DNA of 63,643 nucleotides, counting the filler, from Choristocarpus tenellus KU-1152 (taxonomy: Eukaryota; Protista; Phaeophyceae): the NCBI GenBank assembly GCA_964200185.2. It is 13 parts of 13 records of this genome, joined end to end, with 100 filler letters (N's around TTAATTAATTAA, not from the genome) between each part and the next. Parts side by side here need not be neighbours in the genome. Positions count along the whole stretch, not along the records: positions 11,406 to 16,726 come from CAXNAD020011165.1; positions 16,827 to 19,484 come from CAXNAD020025890.1; positions 19,585 to 26,735 come from CAXNAD020006614.1; 10 more parts are not named here. One strand, written 5' to 3'. The position numbers and the translations under genes were made by a program. Positions 13,279-24,978 of this stretch are shown here, piece by piece (the stretch's first letter is position 1; each line of letters starts with the position of its first letter). Under the pieces are notes generated by a model. That model was not told the origin of the DNA. It did no database searches and worked only from the letters and a program-made list of their open reading frames with translations.

Positions 13279-13890
13279 ATGGCCCACTCTGGCGAGTCCG
13301 CTGTCTTTCGTCAGGACCCCATCGACCCAAGGTAAAAATTGTGAGTTGAGCGAGGAAGATCGAAACGCGCTGACCGTACACTACGCTTTGGAGCTACCTC
13401 CCCATAAGAAACGGCTTCCGAAAGGGTGGGCCAAGGAGGAAGGGGTGAGCGACCCCACAAACGGGAAAAGATAGACCACGGAAGCTCAACGAAGCTGGGA
13501 GGGAGGGGGAGTGGGACATCAAGCTCGTAACTCACCCTCCGCAGCCCCCTGATCTCAATACCAACGATTTTGGAGCTCTTTGCATCCCTAAAAACTCGAG
13601 TTTGGAGGGAGCGTTACGGAACGACAGACAACCTTGTGAAGGTTGTAAAGAGCATATACGGCGCATACGACACGGCTACTTCAGAGAGGGTGTGGCAGAG
13701 CCTCTTCAAGTGGTACAATGAAGTTTTGAAGACGCTAGGGGGAAAACATTTCGAGGTACAGCACACCAGAACCTTGAAAAGGCACCAGTAGGGAAGTCTG
13801 CCAAAATCGGTCAGAATCGACATAGGATCTTTCGACGCGGTGGTGGATTGATGGATTGATGAGCATGATGAGGAAAGCGACGAAGAATGA
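13279..13890 (+). mobile_element. Internally deleted, decayed mariner-type (plant-like DD39D) transposase
   Basis: PPQPPDLNTND...LFASLK...DNLVKVVKSIYGAYD...RVWQSLFKWYNEVLKTLGGKHFEVQH resembles the QPPNSPDLNVLDLGFF...GGN.YK.PH C-terminus. An N-terminal-like stretch (ELSEEDRNAL...RLPKG) lies directly upstream. Frameshifts and stops are present. Confidence 0.7.
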
Positions 13891-16675
13891 CTTTCACACA
13901 AGCACCAACTATTATTTCTATGATAACTTCATGATGGAGGCATAAATAAATATTATGTGACGTACCCACACCCAAGAAAGATATTATCTTGGAGGGGGAT
14001 ATTGAGTATTTGGAGGGTAATGAGCAGGGAAGCAAATATAAAATTGACGTAGTTGGTGGAACAGTATAACTGTGATATATACCAATAGTGGTATGGTACA
14101 TCGCTCGTACATTGTTAGTGGTATGTTTGTAGAAATGGCAGTGTGTGTGCTGTAGCGTCGTACCGATATGCTGATCTCCCCATACCTGTTCATGGATGGA
14201 AATTTCCGATTTATCCTCAGGCTATCACTGTGAAAGACGATTTGGTGCCTACATAATGCTTGGACACTTGTTTATCTTTTCTTCTACTACTGCAAAGAAC
14301 TTCTAAGACGGGTTAGCTGGGTTTCAGGCATGGGAACTGGAAGGGGTCAGGCAGAAGGTGGTCAAAGCCTAAATGCAGAAAGGGGATTAAATGAACCCCC
14401 TCTAAGATTGGGGTTGCTCCAAGACACACACTTCCTTGATTTAGGTTTTTTCTGGCACTATTGGTAGTTCAAAGGAGCGGGTGGTGGCTCATTGCAGGTA
14501 GCAGGCATTACATTGCTTCCTCCCCCGAAACTTGAAGAAACTCAACAGTTTCCGTCAGTGAGCAGGAGTACCTACAACAGTAAATCTTCAACACTCGTGA
14601 CCTCCATTTCCTTGCATGAAAACAAACATGTTGTTGACCCTGCCAACCACAATTTGCTTCCCACAACTCTCCATTATGCTTGCTTGTTGCCAGATGATTC
14701 GCCCAAGAATGTCTCTAGTCTTGAATCTCAACTACACTTACAATGACCAACAATGTTGAAATGAAGGGTTTTCACTTCTCACACACCACATACAACATGC
14801 CTTCATCTGGAGCGAGTAATGCCATCTAAGAGGGAGTGCAGTTGAGTTTCAAGGATCCCTACCACTGCCTTGTGATATACCGTGCATTTTTGAGCACTGT
14901 GGAGGGTGCTTTCAGCTAACGTTGTGTGCACAGATCATTTTTTTCTAGGACAGTCGCTCCCTTACAAGGAAGGTTAACTAACTGCATTTCAGTCATGGAT
15001 GGGCATGGTGTATATTGGACAAAACTGAAAAAAGCTTAAAACAAAAAACCGAGCATATATTCATTTATAGTTTTGTTTTTCGGAGTGTATGTTTGTTTGT
15101 GCTTATTATGCTGTTTGTACTCCTTCCACTCTCCTTAATTTCCATAATACTAGCGAAACTTACTCTGTATAAACTTGAAATGACCGTGTCTAACGCGGTG
15201 GTGTGCAACTGTGATCAAGAAGAGCACCCCACCGCAACACAGATGGGAAAGGATCGAAAGGAAGCAGTGCTCCTTGCAGGCACTTAGCAAAAGGAAAAAG
15301 GTTCTCCTATGGTGCTCAACTGTGTCAGAAGAACCCCTTCCTCCACCGTCCACCTTTCCTAGCCTTTGCCTTGTATATACTATACCATTACGCTGAATTA
15401 AAACTGGCAGACGAGCACACAATGTAGTCTAAAGTCCTCAAAACACAAAGCGAAAGATGCACATAAGCACAACACCATGCCAGATTGATCCTTATTCTAC
15501 CCTTGTCTCGCCAGGCTCCTCACCAGAAACAATCCTTAGTGCAGGACCTGGTGTAGAAGGGGCCGATTTTGTTCCTTAACAGACAGTTAAATGCCCTTCA
15601 ACATAGTTTTAAAGTTCGATATTTCAATTAGTTCCTATTTTACAAAGGTAGAACCTGATTTCGAATATTTTACGATATACACGGTACATAGTAGTGATGA
15701 TGACGCCTCGTTACTGTGGCGAATGCCAATGAATGCCAAGTTCAACATCCATCTTTCAAGTTCATCAACAAAGCACCGTCAGCTCATAAAAAAATAGACG
15801 TTACTTGTAAAATATGACCTTTAATTTGATGCCATTTTATTTCATACAAGTCCCCACACCAGAAACAACGCGCTTCGAAATATAGACGGTTTTTTCCTGC
15901 TGAACGCTAGAGTACTAATGTTCTTGCATACACGCCCGTGCTGGCTACCTCCCCAGCATATGAACGATTGAGATAGGGCACAAAGCTAGAAGGTGGCATG
16001 TTGGGGGAAATATGCACAGGATAGATCGTTCTGTTGCGTATCAGTAACTTCCTCAGCTCAGCATCAGTTCAACAGTGTGCAGGGTATAGGCTATAGATAC
16101 ACAAGACTGTATCAGGTTCCCTTTTTTTTGTGGTTACCCTAAAATGTTTGAGGAATCCAACTTAGTCTATCTACTCTATGCCGGTCACTATGAAGCCCCC
16201 CAAAAAGGCCTTCCCAACGAGTTTTTTTTTCTAATCCGCACACACTGTTCTAATTAGTGCTCGAACAGAGGGAATAGTTCAGCAGTAAAAATGGTAGCAT
16301 TGTTGGTACAGGGCAGAAGTGTAGCGGGTGACATTCTGTTGTCATACAGCAACATTTGTGGACTACAGGAAGGACAGCAGCGAGGTAGACTTCAAGGTCT
16401 GTGTTAGGCAACTAACAGGTCTTGTCCAACAAAAATGCACTGAATATTGTACATTCATCAATTCTATTCATTTACATATATGCAGGACAACATGCCATTT
16501 TTTCAGTTTTGCGAATCGCAACAGTTCAATCACCTTCGGTTCGATCAATTGGGATGAGCCAACAAATGAACTATGTGGCAAACCCACACATTCATCACAA
16601 CAAGGTGACACTACTCTCAACGCACTACACATACATTTCATTGCCTATGACTTGGGATCTGCCTGGTGAGGCCCT

Positions 16676-16700
16676 GGGTCAAGGTATCTGGGGGGGGTGG
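16676..16700. mobile_element. MITE family B-type terminus
   Basis: GGGTCAAGGTATCTGGGGGGGGTGG close to the contig end. Confidence 0.55.
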
Positions 16701-16826
16701 TTTGAAGGGGGAGTACGTTTCAGTCANNNNNNNNNNNNNNNNNNNNNNNNNNNNNNNNNNNNNNNNNNNNTTAATTAATTAANNNNNNNNNNNNNNNNNN
16801 NNNNNNNNNNNNNNNNNNNNNNNNNN

Positions 16827-19299
16827 GGTTCACAGCGGGCGGGGCTGTGATGGCGGCGGCGCAGAAGTTGAGAGCAACAACGGATCGGCATCAGATGGCC
16901 GTGAGAAAGAATACGAGGGAGGGCACGAACACCAAGGAGGGGATGGAGATGAGGGAGGGGACGAACACAAAGGAGGGGATGGAGATGAGGGAGGGGACGA
17001 ACACAAAGGAGGGGACGAACACAAAGGAGGGGACGAAGACGAGGGAGGGAACGGACTGCCAGACAGGGAGGATACGGGCGAAGGGGGTTCTGTCGGCAGT
17101 CTTCCTGGTGCGGAAGAAGAACAAATGGCCATGGAGGGTGGAACGCGGGCGTTTGCTGTACTGAATGCAATCCCCCACCTACGTCTCGGTGAGTAATGTA
17201 GTTGTAATGGTGCACACGAGGATGGAGTGTAATTAATAGCGTAAGATTAGTTTCCATCTAATCCCTCGAATGGATAGATACGTTGTATCTTTTCAGCGGC
17301 GCATGCCATTGAATCCATGGTATGTTGCGGGGTCCCTCTATGTGCGGCGCTGCGGTCGCTACCCCCACGTCTCATTATTTGCCACTGTCCGATTGTGTGT
17401 TAATGCATGTACATCACTGACTGTTGTATCTCACCTGTACTACTTCGTGCTGTTTTGTGCGGCCAATTTCGTGGTCCTTCGTAACCGTGGATCCTCACGT
17501 TGCGTTGTTGTGCCCAATTAATGATCTGGAAAAATTCTATACTGTCTGTTTAATGTTCTGATTCGATGACACGCGCGACAGGTATTCATGCCCAAAGTGC
17601 TCCATCACATATATGGGCGAATGTGCCTACGCGGAGATTATAGACGACGAGAGGCACAAGGATCGATTATGTATCAATTGCCCCATGGCACAGGAGGGCA
17701 GTGAAGGGTCTGGATCGGTGGGGAACGAAACGGCGGGTCAGAGCAGGGGCGGGGGCAAGGGTAAGGGTCATGCAAGGAGCGCAGGCGGGTCACCCACGAC
17801 GCAAAGCCTTTTACATCCCCCCTCACACAGCGAAACGGCCGACATGGAGAAGTGCATGTGGGTCTTGGCGTGGTTGCACATTATACGGACACACAAGTCG
17901 TCTCTGCGTGTTTGTTTTCACGTTGGTTTGCACATAGGTCTTGGCTGCTTGTACATCATGTGGATTTCTCGTCCTTTGTGCCTTGGATGTGTCGCTTTTT
18001 TGGAGGTTTCCATGGGCCATGGAACTTAGTGTTTTGACGTCTACCCTCCTTCCATGAGATGTATCTGATGAGTCTGGCGTTGTGGAGGGTACGGCTTGAC
18101 ATTTTGGAGATGCCGTGGAAATATTGTCAGGACCTCACTTAATGAAAAGATTGCCTGCACCGTAGCTTACTACGCTGTCCTTCTTGTCGTGCTGTCTACT
18201 GTGTCGTGTGTCATGATATCCAAGCAGGAGTGAGAACACTGCATTACACGACCTTTGCCCTCTCGACCCTACGGTACCCCTTAGACGACCTGAAAGAGTT
18301 CGCCTTCTGCAATGCGCCAAAGCTCGCCATAGTGTCCATTGCCGCCGAGCCAAGACTCCTCAACGACGAAGAGGCGACCAACACACACCTGCGCGAGGTG
18401 CTTCCGTGCTTGCGGCTGAAGATGCATCCTCAGGGCACCAACGCACTCATTGTGCCCCACCCGTGTAAAGCGCAATTACACCGCCTAGGCGGTGAGTTGC
18501 AGAGTTCGCCTGTGCTGGAATACGGGGTATATTGTGGAAGACTGATCGATGCGCCATGACCATTATCATTCCGTCCGTGTGCTGATCGAATATTGTGCGA
18601 CCGTTCAGGAGATGCGGATTAGGTTGTGTGTATTCCTTTTTCACTTTCCCCATGTTGTTTCATGTCCTTCGTACCTTCTACTTCTTTTTGTGTCTCTTGC
18701 TCTTTCCTCCGGGTCCTTCATAGTTCTTTGTTTCATTGTCCGCAAATCGCATGCTGGTGTTACTCGTCTTCACTACTTTATTTTTGCCATATTTACTTCT
18801 ATTATTACTTAATTTCCTATTGTTTGCATTTTTTGCATTGGTTATTTGCCTTGCGTTCCACACTCATTGTACTATTATAATGTTAGTGGTATGAGGTTTC
18901 ATGAATCCCTACGATAACTACTTGTGTGATGTCACTGTCAAGTTTGACGCATGCCGGACCCACACGCTCGCTCCCGCCTTCTATTCATTCTGAGGCTCTT
19001 ATGGCATCGAAGGTGGGCTTGATTGTGGAGGATCATCCCCTAACCCTAATATACAAGACGAGGGGGGGGGGGCGACCTCAATTAGGCACAGATAACCATC
19101 TCAGATGTTGTCAGGACATGATTATTCTCGTGCACAACGATGGGACAATGTTCACATGCAATAAGCGAGTAACCATCGACGACATCTTTGGCCACGGGCG
19201 TGATGCATCTCCTCCGGTACTCCAAACCATGTTGGACGTCGAGTACAAAGGTGCTGCAACGGACATCCCCATGAGGGCCCTCCACTTCCTCATTAACAG
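16827..19299 (+). pseudogene. Middle exons of a repeated gene: GGDE acidic repeat, PHD-like finger, N6A/N4C DNA-methyltransferase-like domain
   Basis: Exon 16827-17188 (EGGDEHKGGDGDEGGDEHK...). Exon from 17582 (YSCPKCSITYMGECA...LCINCP). Exon about 18229-18491 (LREVLPCLRLKMHPQGTNALIV). Exon about 18995-19299 (GLIVEDHPLTLIYK...DMIILVH...FTCN...IPMRALHFLINR|GT). The following intron is homologous to 47474-47589. Confidence 0.55.
16915..17050 (+). repeat. Coding minisatellite (GAGGGGACGAACACAAAG / GAGGGGATGGAGATGAGG units)
   Basis: 18-bp-based tandem units encoding GGDEHK and GGDGDE. Confidence 0.8.
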
Positions 19300-20094
19300 G
19301 TTCGTTAATAACGTCACACACATCCTTCTTCACAAAAGCAGCGATTTTTTTTAGTATAGGTGTAGGAGATCGTTAAACAGTAACAGAACGAGCTGGGTGA
19401 CGGTTCAGGGGCGTCAATCCATCCCACGAGTTTGTTTCCCGAATCGGTACGTTAGGCGTCAAAACGCATCAAGAGTGTGTTGCCNNNNNNNNNNNNNNNN
19501 NNNNNNNNNNNNNNNNNNNNNNNNNNNNTTAATTAATTAANNNNNNNNNNNNNNNNNNNNNNNNNNNNNNNNNNNNNNNNNNNNTTGATTGTTCCATTAC
19601 TCCATACATATTTTACCGTAACTGTCCGATAGAGTTGGAAGAGTCTAATCGAACAGCTGGCCTTGTAAGGGGTCATGAGGAACTTCCACTACTATGTTAT
19701 TTTTTGGGGAGGGGGCAGAGGGGATGTAGGAATGCGAATAACTTTCGCGCAAATCATACTTAAACATATGGTGTGGCTGAGCTGTCATATTAGCAGCTAC
19801 CTAACACTGTGCAGGACAGTGGCGACACTTTCACAAAAGCATCATAAGATGCATCTCGGTTCTCCGATATGCAATGCAAATATGGAAAAATATTATCTCC
19901 CCTTCGCTTGAAAGTCCAAAAGATGGTATCTATTACCTACATGCTTTGGGCGAGAATATTTCACAAACTAGTTGGCCATATCTGTATCCTCATAAATTTC
20001 CACGCAGCACCTGTGTGAATTAGGGTGAATAACCTCCAAAACATTCCTCACAAACAATGCGAACAAAGGGTTGACACCCACACGTACGGACCTG

Positions 20095-20735
20095 GTGGTA
20101 GTACCTCTGAAGGTGTATTCGTTCCCGTCTACCTCGAACAGGGTGTACTCCAAGTCTGCAAATCTCTTGTTCATCCGGACCTGGATAATGGTGATATTGT
20201 AGCGGACTATTGACTTGTCATTTCTTGCGCCTGGAAAGTCGCAAGTTGCCCCCTAAACACCCATGGAACGGTCGATGGTGAGCTCGTACACCAGAGTGGG
20301 GAAGCCTTTCTTTCCTTTGTACCAACTAGTGTTAATTACTGGACATTTTTCCCACCTTACGTGGTTCACATCGGTTGATCCCACTGCACCCTTGAACCCC
20401 AAACGATGGTACGCCTCCATAATCTGTTGCAGTTCCTTGTGACAATTGGGCAACCTGATCCAGCTTTCGAACGTGTGTTGACTGAAGAACTCGCAAAACG
20501 TGTCAACACTCTCCAAGTCGTACTCTCACTCATCCCGTCAAAAAAAGATATCTAGTACAGTTCCTCTCCCGAAGATGTGCAAGACAGATAACAAATTGCT
20601 TCTAAAGGGGGTCAGAGGCATCAATCCTGCCTCTGCGAAGCCAACCCTGCTGTCTTACTTCTTCTACGAGCTGCGTAAAGACAGGAGAGGGGACACGGAA
20701 CCGTCGACGAAAAATCTTCCCACCCGTAGACTCTA
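20095..20735 (-). mobile_element. PIF/Harbinger transposase pseudogene fragment
   Basis: YHRLGFKGAVGSTDVNHVRWEKCP...YKGKKGFPTLVYELTID...FPGARNDKSIVR, containing the first two catalytic Asp motifs of Harbinger transposases; stops present. Confidence 0.85.
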
Positions 20736-20739
20736 GGTC

Positions 20740-21650
20740 ACCGAGGCTCCCATCTCAGAGCATCAATATCCATCGTGACTACCTATAGTTGGGGCACAGA
20801 TAAACTTGGCGGTACCGCCTCTCCCTTACGGGCTTTTTCCTTATCCTCATTCTCCAGCAGAGTAAATTGTTCCGAAGGAATCTGTCGCGCAAGGTGTTCA
20901 GCGGTACCAAGCATGGAGAGCCTTGTGACCTTTTGGAGGGTCGCCTTCGTTATCAGTTACAAGAAAGTCACTCTTCTTCCCTATATCTAAGGCGTTTTGC
21001 TGAGATCTAGAGGTACTGGTCGACATTTCCATTTTCAGTTTTGTCCAAAACTTTTGGATGGAGCAAAATGGTTTCGACTTTCCTCCAGATCAAGGATCAG
21101 AAATTGCTGGATAAAAGGCAATATCTCATCTTTCTCCAATCACTCTATTTTAAGATGGATTTTGATTTTCGGATCAAAGAGGAATCCATTTTTCTGTAAG
21201 ACAACAAAAATGAGAATGTTTATAAACATATCCACCATCTAACCCATAAAGATACGAGACGTTTTGGAGTCTAATTCGTCGAAATTGTTCGATGTCATAC
21301 TGATCAGAAATACCTCCAACAACAAATTTGAATGACATTTGTTTACAAATTGTCGTGAGGTAGGGTCCAATCAGTCGTGGGGGGTGTTCAGAATCACCAG
21401 TTGTGTCATGGTGGGGTGCTTCCAGCAAACCCAAAGCTCTCTCAGCCATCAAATCTTAGGAGAAGTTTGAAGCGAATCCCAGATCCATCAGATGACGACG
21501 TTACATCTTGGTGTTCGTCAACGGTAAGAGGTCTGAGAATTCTCAAGAGTTCTCTGTGTTTGATGTTGGTGGGAACGTCACCAATGAAAAGAAATGTGCG
21601 CGCAATGCATTTGTGTGTGCGCGCGTGGGTGTATCTGGACTGAGATAGCT
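20740..21650 (-). mobile_element. Possible Ty3/gypsy gag remnant
   Basis: Fragmentary frames ending in TMDIDAL, like the PMDID gag linker; heavily decayed. Confidence 0.3.
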
Positions 21651-21694
21651 CCCAAAGGGACCTGTCCGTCGCGCAATATATATATATATTTATA

Positions 21695-21755
21695 TTATTA
21701 TGCCCTCTGACATTTTGCTGATATGTCAGGGGAAAACCAATGAAAACTATATAGA
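21695..21755 (-). mobile_element. LINE 3' tail (family C) fused to bacterial sequence
   Basis: Minus strand reads ...CCCCTGACATATCAGCAAAATGTCAGAGGGCATAATAAT, the same stem-loop + (TAA)n end as 25811, 41101 and 41188. Confidence 0.8.
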
Positions 21756-21919
21756 CCGAGCCAGTGAATATGTTTTATAGGATTAAGCGAAAATCTTTCA
21801 TCGTTTTTTGATGTTGGATCACCTAGATAATAAGCTACTCTTGCATGAGCATTTTCATGTATGACCAGCGAAAATATTAATATCACTATGTTTTGTATAA
21901 TCTCTAAATATTCAGTCAT
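21756..21919 (-). pseudogene. Bacterial-type site-2 protease (peptidase M50) N-terminal fragment
   Basis: MTEYLEIIQNIVILIFSLVIHENAHARVAYYLGDPTSKNDERFSLNPIKHI has HExxH plus the GDPT...R.SLNP..H motif. The ATG overlaps the upstream gene end and follows an AGAGG Shine-Dalgarno-like site. Truncated at the LINE tail. Confidence 0.88.
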
Positions 21920-22130
21920 TTTTAGCACCGCCTCTAATTCGCATAATGGTCTGCCTGCTAGTATTAAAATATCTAGCAATAGATGCTACACTTTTTCCTT
22001 TATCTAACATATCTTTTACTTCACTAGTATCCGAGCTTGATAAAACATTTGGTCTTCCAAGTTTTTTTCCGTTTGCTTTTGCTCTTGTAAGTCCAGAGTG
22101 CGTACGTTCAATTAACAAATCACGTTCAAA
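21912..22130 (-). pseudogene. Bacterial serine recombinase (resolvase/invertase, Hin/Pin-like) C-terminal fragment
   Basis: FERDLLIERTHSGLTRAKANGKKLGRP followed by the HTH GKSVASIARYFNTSRQTIMR; catalytic N-terminus missing; AT-rich and intronless. Confidence 0.92.
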
Positions 22131-22407
22131 CCATAATCTACTTCAGCACTTCAACAGCTTTGTAAAGGCAGGTATTGTTAATGATACACTAATCAGTGAT
22201 CTATGTAGCAAATATGCGGGTAAAATTAAATATGCTGATAGAATACTAGACTCCTTAGAGATTATGCAGTTAGATGGTAATATTTTACCAGAAGCAGCAG
22301 TTTCTTTTATTATAGGAATAGTATTAGAGAAGGATAAACTGTCCATAGAATCAATTGATACAGCAAAAGAGCATTATCCCTTCTTAAAGGATCAGTTGCC
22401 TCTTTAA
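22131..22407 (+). pseudogene. C-terminal fragment of an unknown AT-rich, probably bacterial, gene, inverted relative to the resolvase
   Basis: About 90 stop-free codons in AT-rich DNA (HNLLQHFNSFVKAG...KDQLPL*), starting exactly where resolvase similarity stops. Confidence 0.55.
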
Positions 22408-22747
22408 CAGAACAGAATATATCTGATTTAACAGTAATATTAGATAAAGCGTTATATACATACATATATTGTTATTGTCATATCTGTGGAGTAAGTAGAT
22501 GGTACTACTATTGGTTGTAGGAAACAATAATTTCAACAATAATAGAACTGATTGTTGAATATTTCAGTTTTTTAAGAAGTCTTTTGGAAGGAACCACTCT
22601 TCATATATCAAAAACTTTTCATACTCTCGATCTCGGTCTTTTCCCTCTGCTCACAACTATTCAAAATGTCAGTCAGTATCAAAATTAATACAACATACGA
22701 AGTACTGTATTAATTAGTCAGGAAGCGTTGCAGGTACACATAGATAG

Positions 22748-24978
22748 AAAGTGCAGACCGCCAATCGACTTGCCCCAACGTTGATACTGACGGACCAAGA
22801 GGTGTTGTTGAGAAGGAAAGTTTCAGGTATGTATGTAGACTTGTTTGTGGATATATATTATTACGCCGTATGACTATTTTGCAGATGTTTCAGGGGGGGT
22901 GGTAACAGAGACCAATACTTTTTGACAAGTACTATCCCACTACCACTACTACTTCTACGACTACTTCTACTACCACCACCTTGGACCTATTGTCCATCAT
23001 CAGAACAACAGTAGTAGGTGCACAAGGTTGACTAATCATAATATGGAAATTTCCTCTTCAATAACGCAGACTTGCACTTTGAAAAATACCCGGAGCGGTA
23101 TGACGCCCCATGTATTTCTTCTGGGATGGTAGGGAAGAAGGGACCTGTCAGATCCTTGGTATGCTTCCCTGGCTCCTCGTCCACTTTTTTCGTACGGCTA
23201 AGCTAGATTGGAGGCATAGCAGCAACATTGATACCAACCTTCAAGGGAACGTTGTAATATAGCTGGTATTCAAAAAGTAAATTGGCATTAGAAACATATA
23301 TTTCACATCTTGGATAATCCCTGACTCATCTGAAAAATGTCAGAGGGTGGAATAGTACTTACATGTGAATCGTGTATATATATCTGAGCGGGAACTATAC
23401 CAAACCTCAAGATAAACAAGAAAACTGGTTATTGGCTTTCACTGTTTTTTCCTGGACACATCTATCTGTAAAATTTCAGAGGGCAAAATATTATATTGAT
23501 CATAAAACAACAATGTCACCAGTGTAGTTGTCACTAGAACTGATAAATATTGAGAAGGTGCAAAATTCATTAATCATTTTAATTAATCGATGTGAAAGGG
23601 ATCGGTCATATTTCTGTGACAGTGATATTGTGAAAAATATGGATATAACATCTCCACGGAGATCAGTAATTTCTCGCTACCAAACCAAAAATTGAAATAA
23701 TTAATAGATGATTAGCTCTTCACCCCTGATTCAGAATTCAGGCTTATTAATGCCACTTTGTACACCCAATTTTTTGGAAGGTCGTATGCCACACAATTCT
23801 GACCATGAAAGTCTTGAATGATATATACACATTATTTCCATATATATACCTTATTTTCATACACACTGTACCTGGTAAGAGATGCAGTCTCGCTGTAGTT
23901 GTGACAAGCCGACCCTGACTAGGCACACGTGCATGAGGTACGGACAATGGTTAGCCACCCTGACCAATTTTGGTTGGCATATGCGCACCTCCTTGCATTG
24001 AATTTTGACCCAGAAGGTTGGAGGAAAGCGATAATGTATGTAATCCGTTGCCGTGTAGGATGATGCAATACCTACTTGCCCCATGTTTTAGGTTCTGCTT
24101 ACCTCACGAAGTGGTAGTACTTAGTAGTAGGTAGTGTGAATTTTATTACTTAACACTGAAGAATAGTACGAGCATATACAATCCACATGTACATTATTCT
24201 CACCATTTACTTCTGCTGCTGGTGCTGCTAGCAGGTGCAGTTTTCTTTATATTGCTCCTCACCCTGCCCTGCAATACAACTACAAAAAAAGAAACGTATT
24301 TCTCGATACCTTGCTTCGCGGAAGTAACCATTATGAACCGTGTGATCCTGATGCGGCGTGGTTCATTCAGACAATGCTAGTGGAGAGAATTGCCAGACGA
24401 GAAACGGACGAAGGTGGACCAAGATGGACCACAACTGAAAGGCTCAGGGTACGGTTGGACATGAATAGGTAGGTGTAGACTGAATGGCGCACTCCAGGCA
24501 GTTGGGCTCAATAAAAACCCTTGGTGATTGGTAGCTCTGGAGAGAGTCCACCTCTGAACCAGGATTGTTTTAAAGACCCCAGCATGTTAGCCTGTTCCTC
24601 TGAAGATACTGCAATCCACAAGCTCTTGACTGGTCCAAGTGGTATGACAAATGGATGGTACGGCAGTAGGTAGGGAGTCCTTGTGTATCAGTCGTCCATT
24701 GGACAACAGCGTGCCCTGCATGAATTTCGCCGTTTTGAACACCCTCACATCAGGTTTCTAAACATCAAAATCTGGTTTCATCGATTCAAAGTCAATATGG
24801 AAGGCACTTCGGAGTGTACACCTACCTGGACTACCTTTTCTGCCACCTTACATGGGAAAACTGAAACAAGGTAGTATAGCTTTATTTGTCAAATAGTGAC
24901 TCAGAGGGGTCCAAGACTGGATTAGACGGAGGAGGCAGAACGATGAGCAATAGGATGATGGCTGAACCCAACGCATGA
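22748..24978 (+). CDS. Putative small multi-exon gene, unknown product (start not located)
   Basis: Five exons (22748-22826, 23070-23158, 23888-23937, 24292-24468, 24897-24978) splice GT-AG with matching phases 1, 0, 2, 2 into one stop-free frame (...NVFLDTLLRGSNHYEPCDPDAAWFIQTMLVERIARR...). Confidence 0.45.
22859..22900 (-). mobile_element. Degenerate LINE 3' tail (family C)
   Basis: TATTACGCCGTATGACTATTTTGCAGATGTTTCAGGGGGGG; further worn copies on the + strand near 23325 and 23458. Confidence 0.55.

Noticed and set aside
21698-21979. 93-aa ORF as an intact protease gene
   Set aside because: It is a chimera: upstream codons overlap the resolvase, the true start is 21919, and the last about 18 codons are LINE tail.
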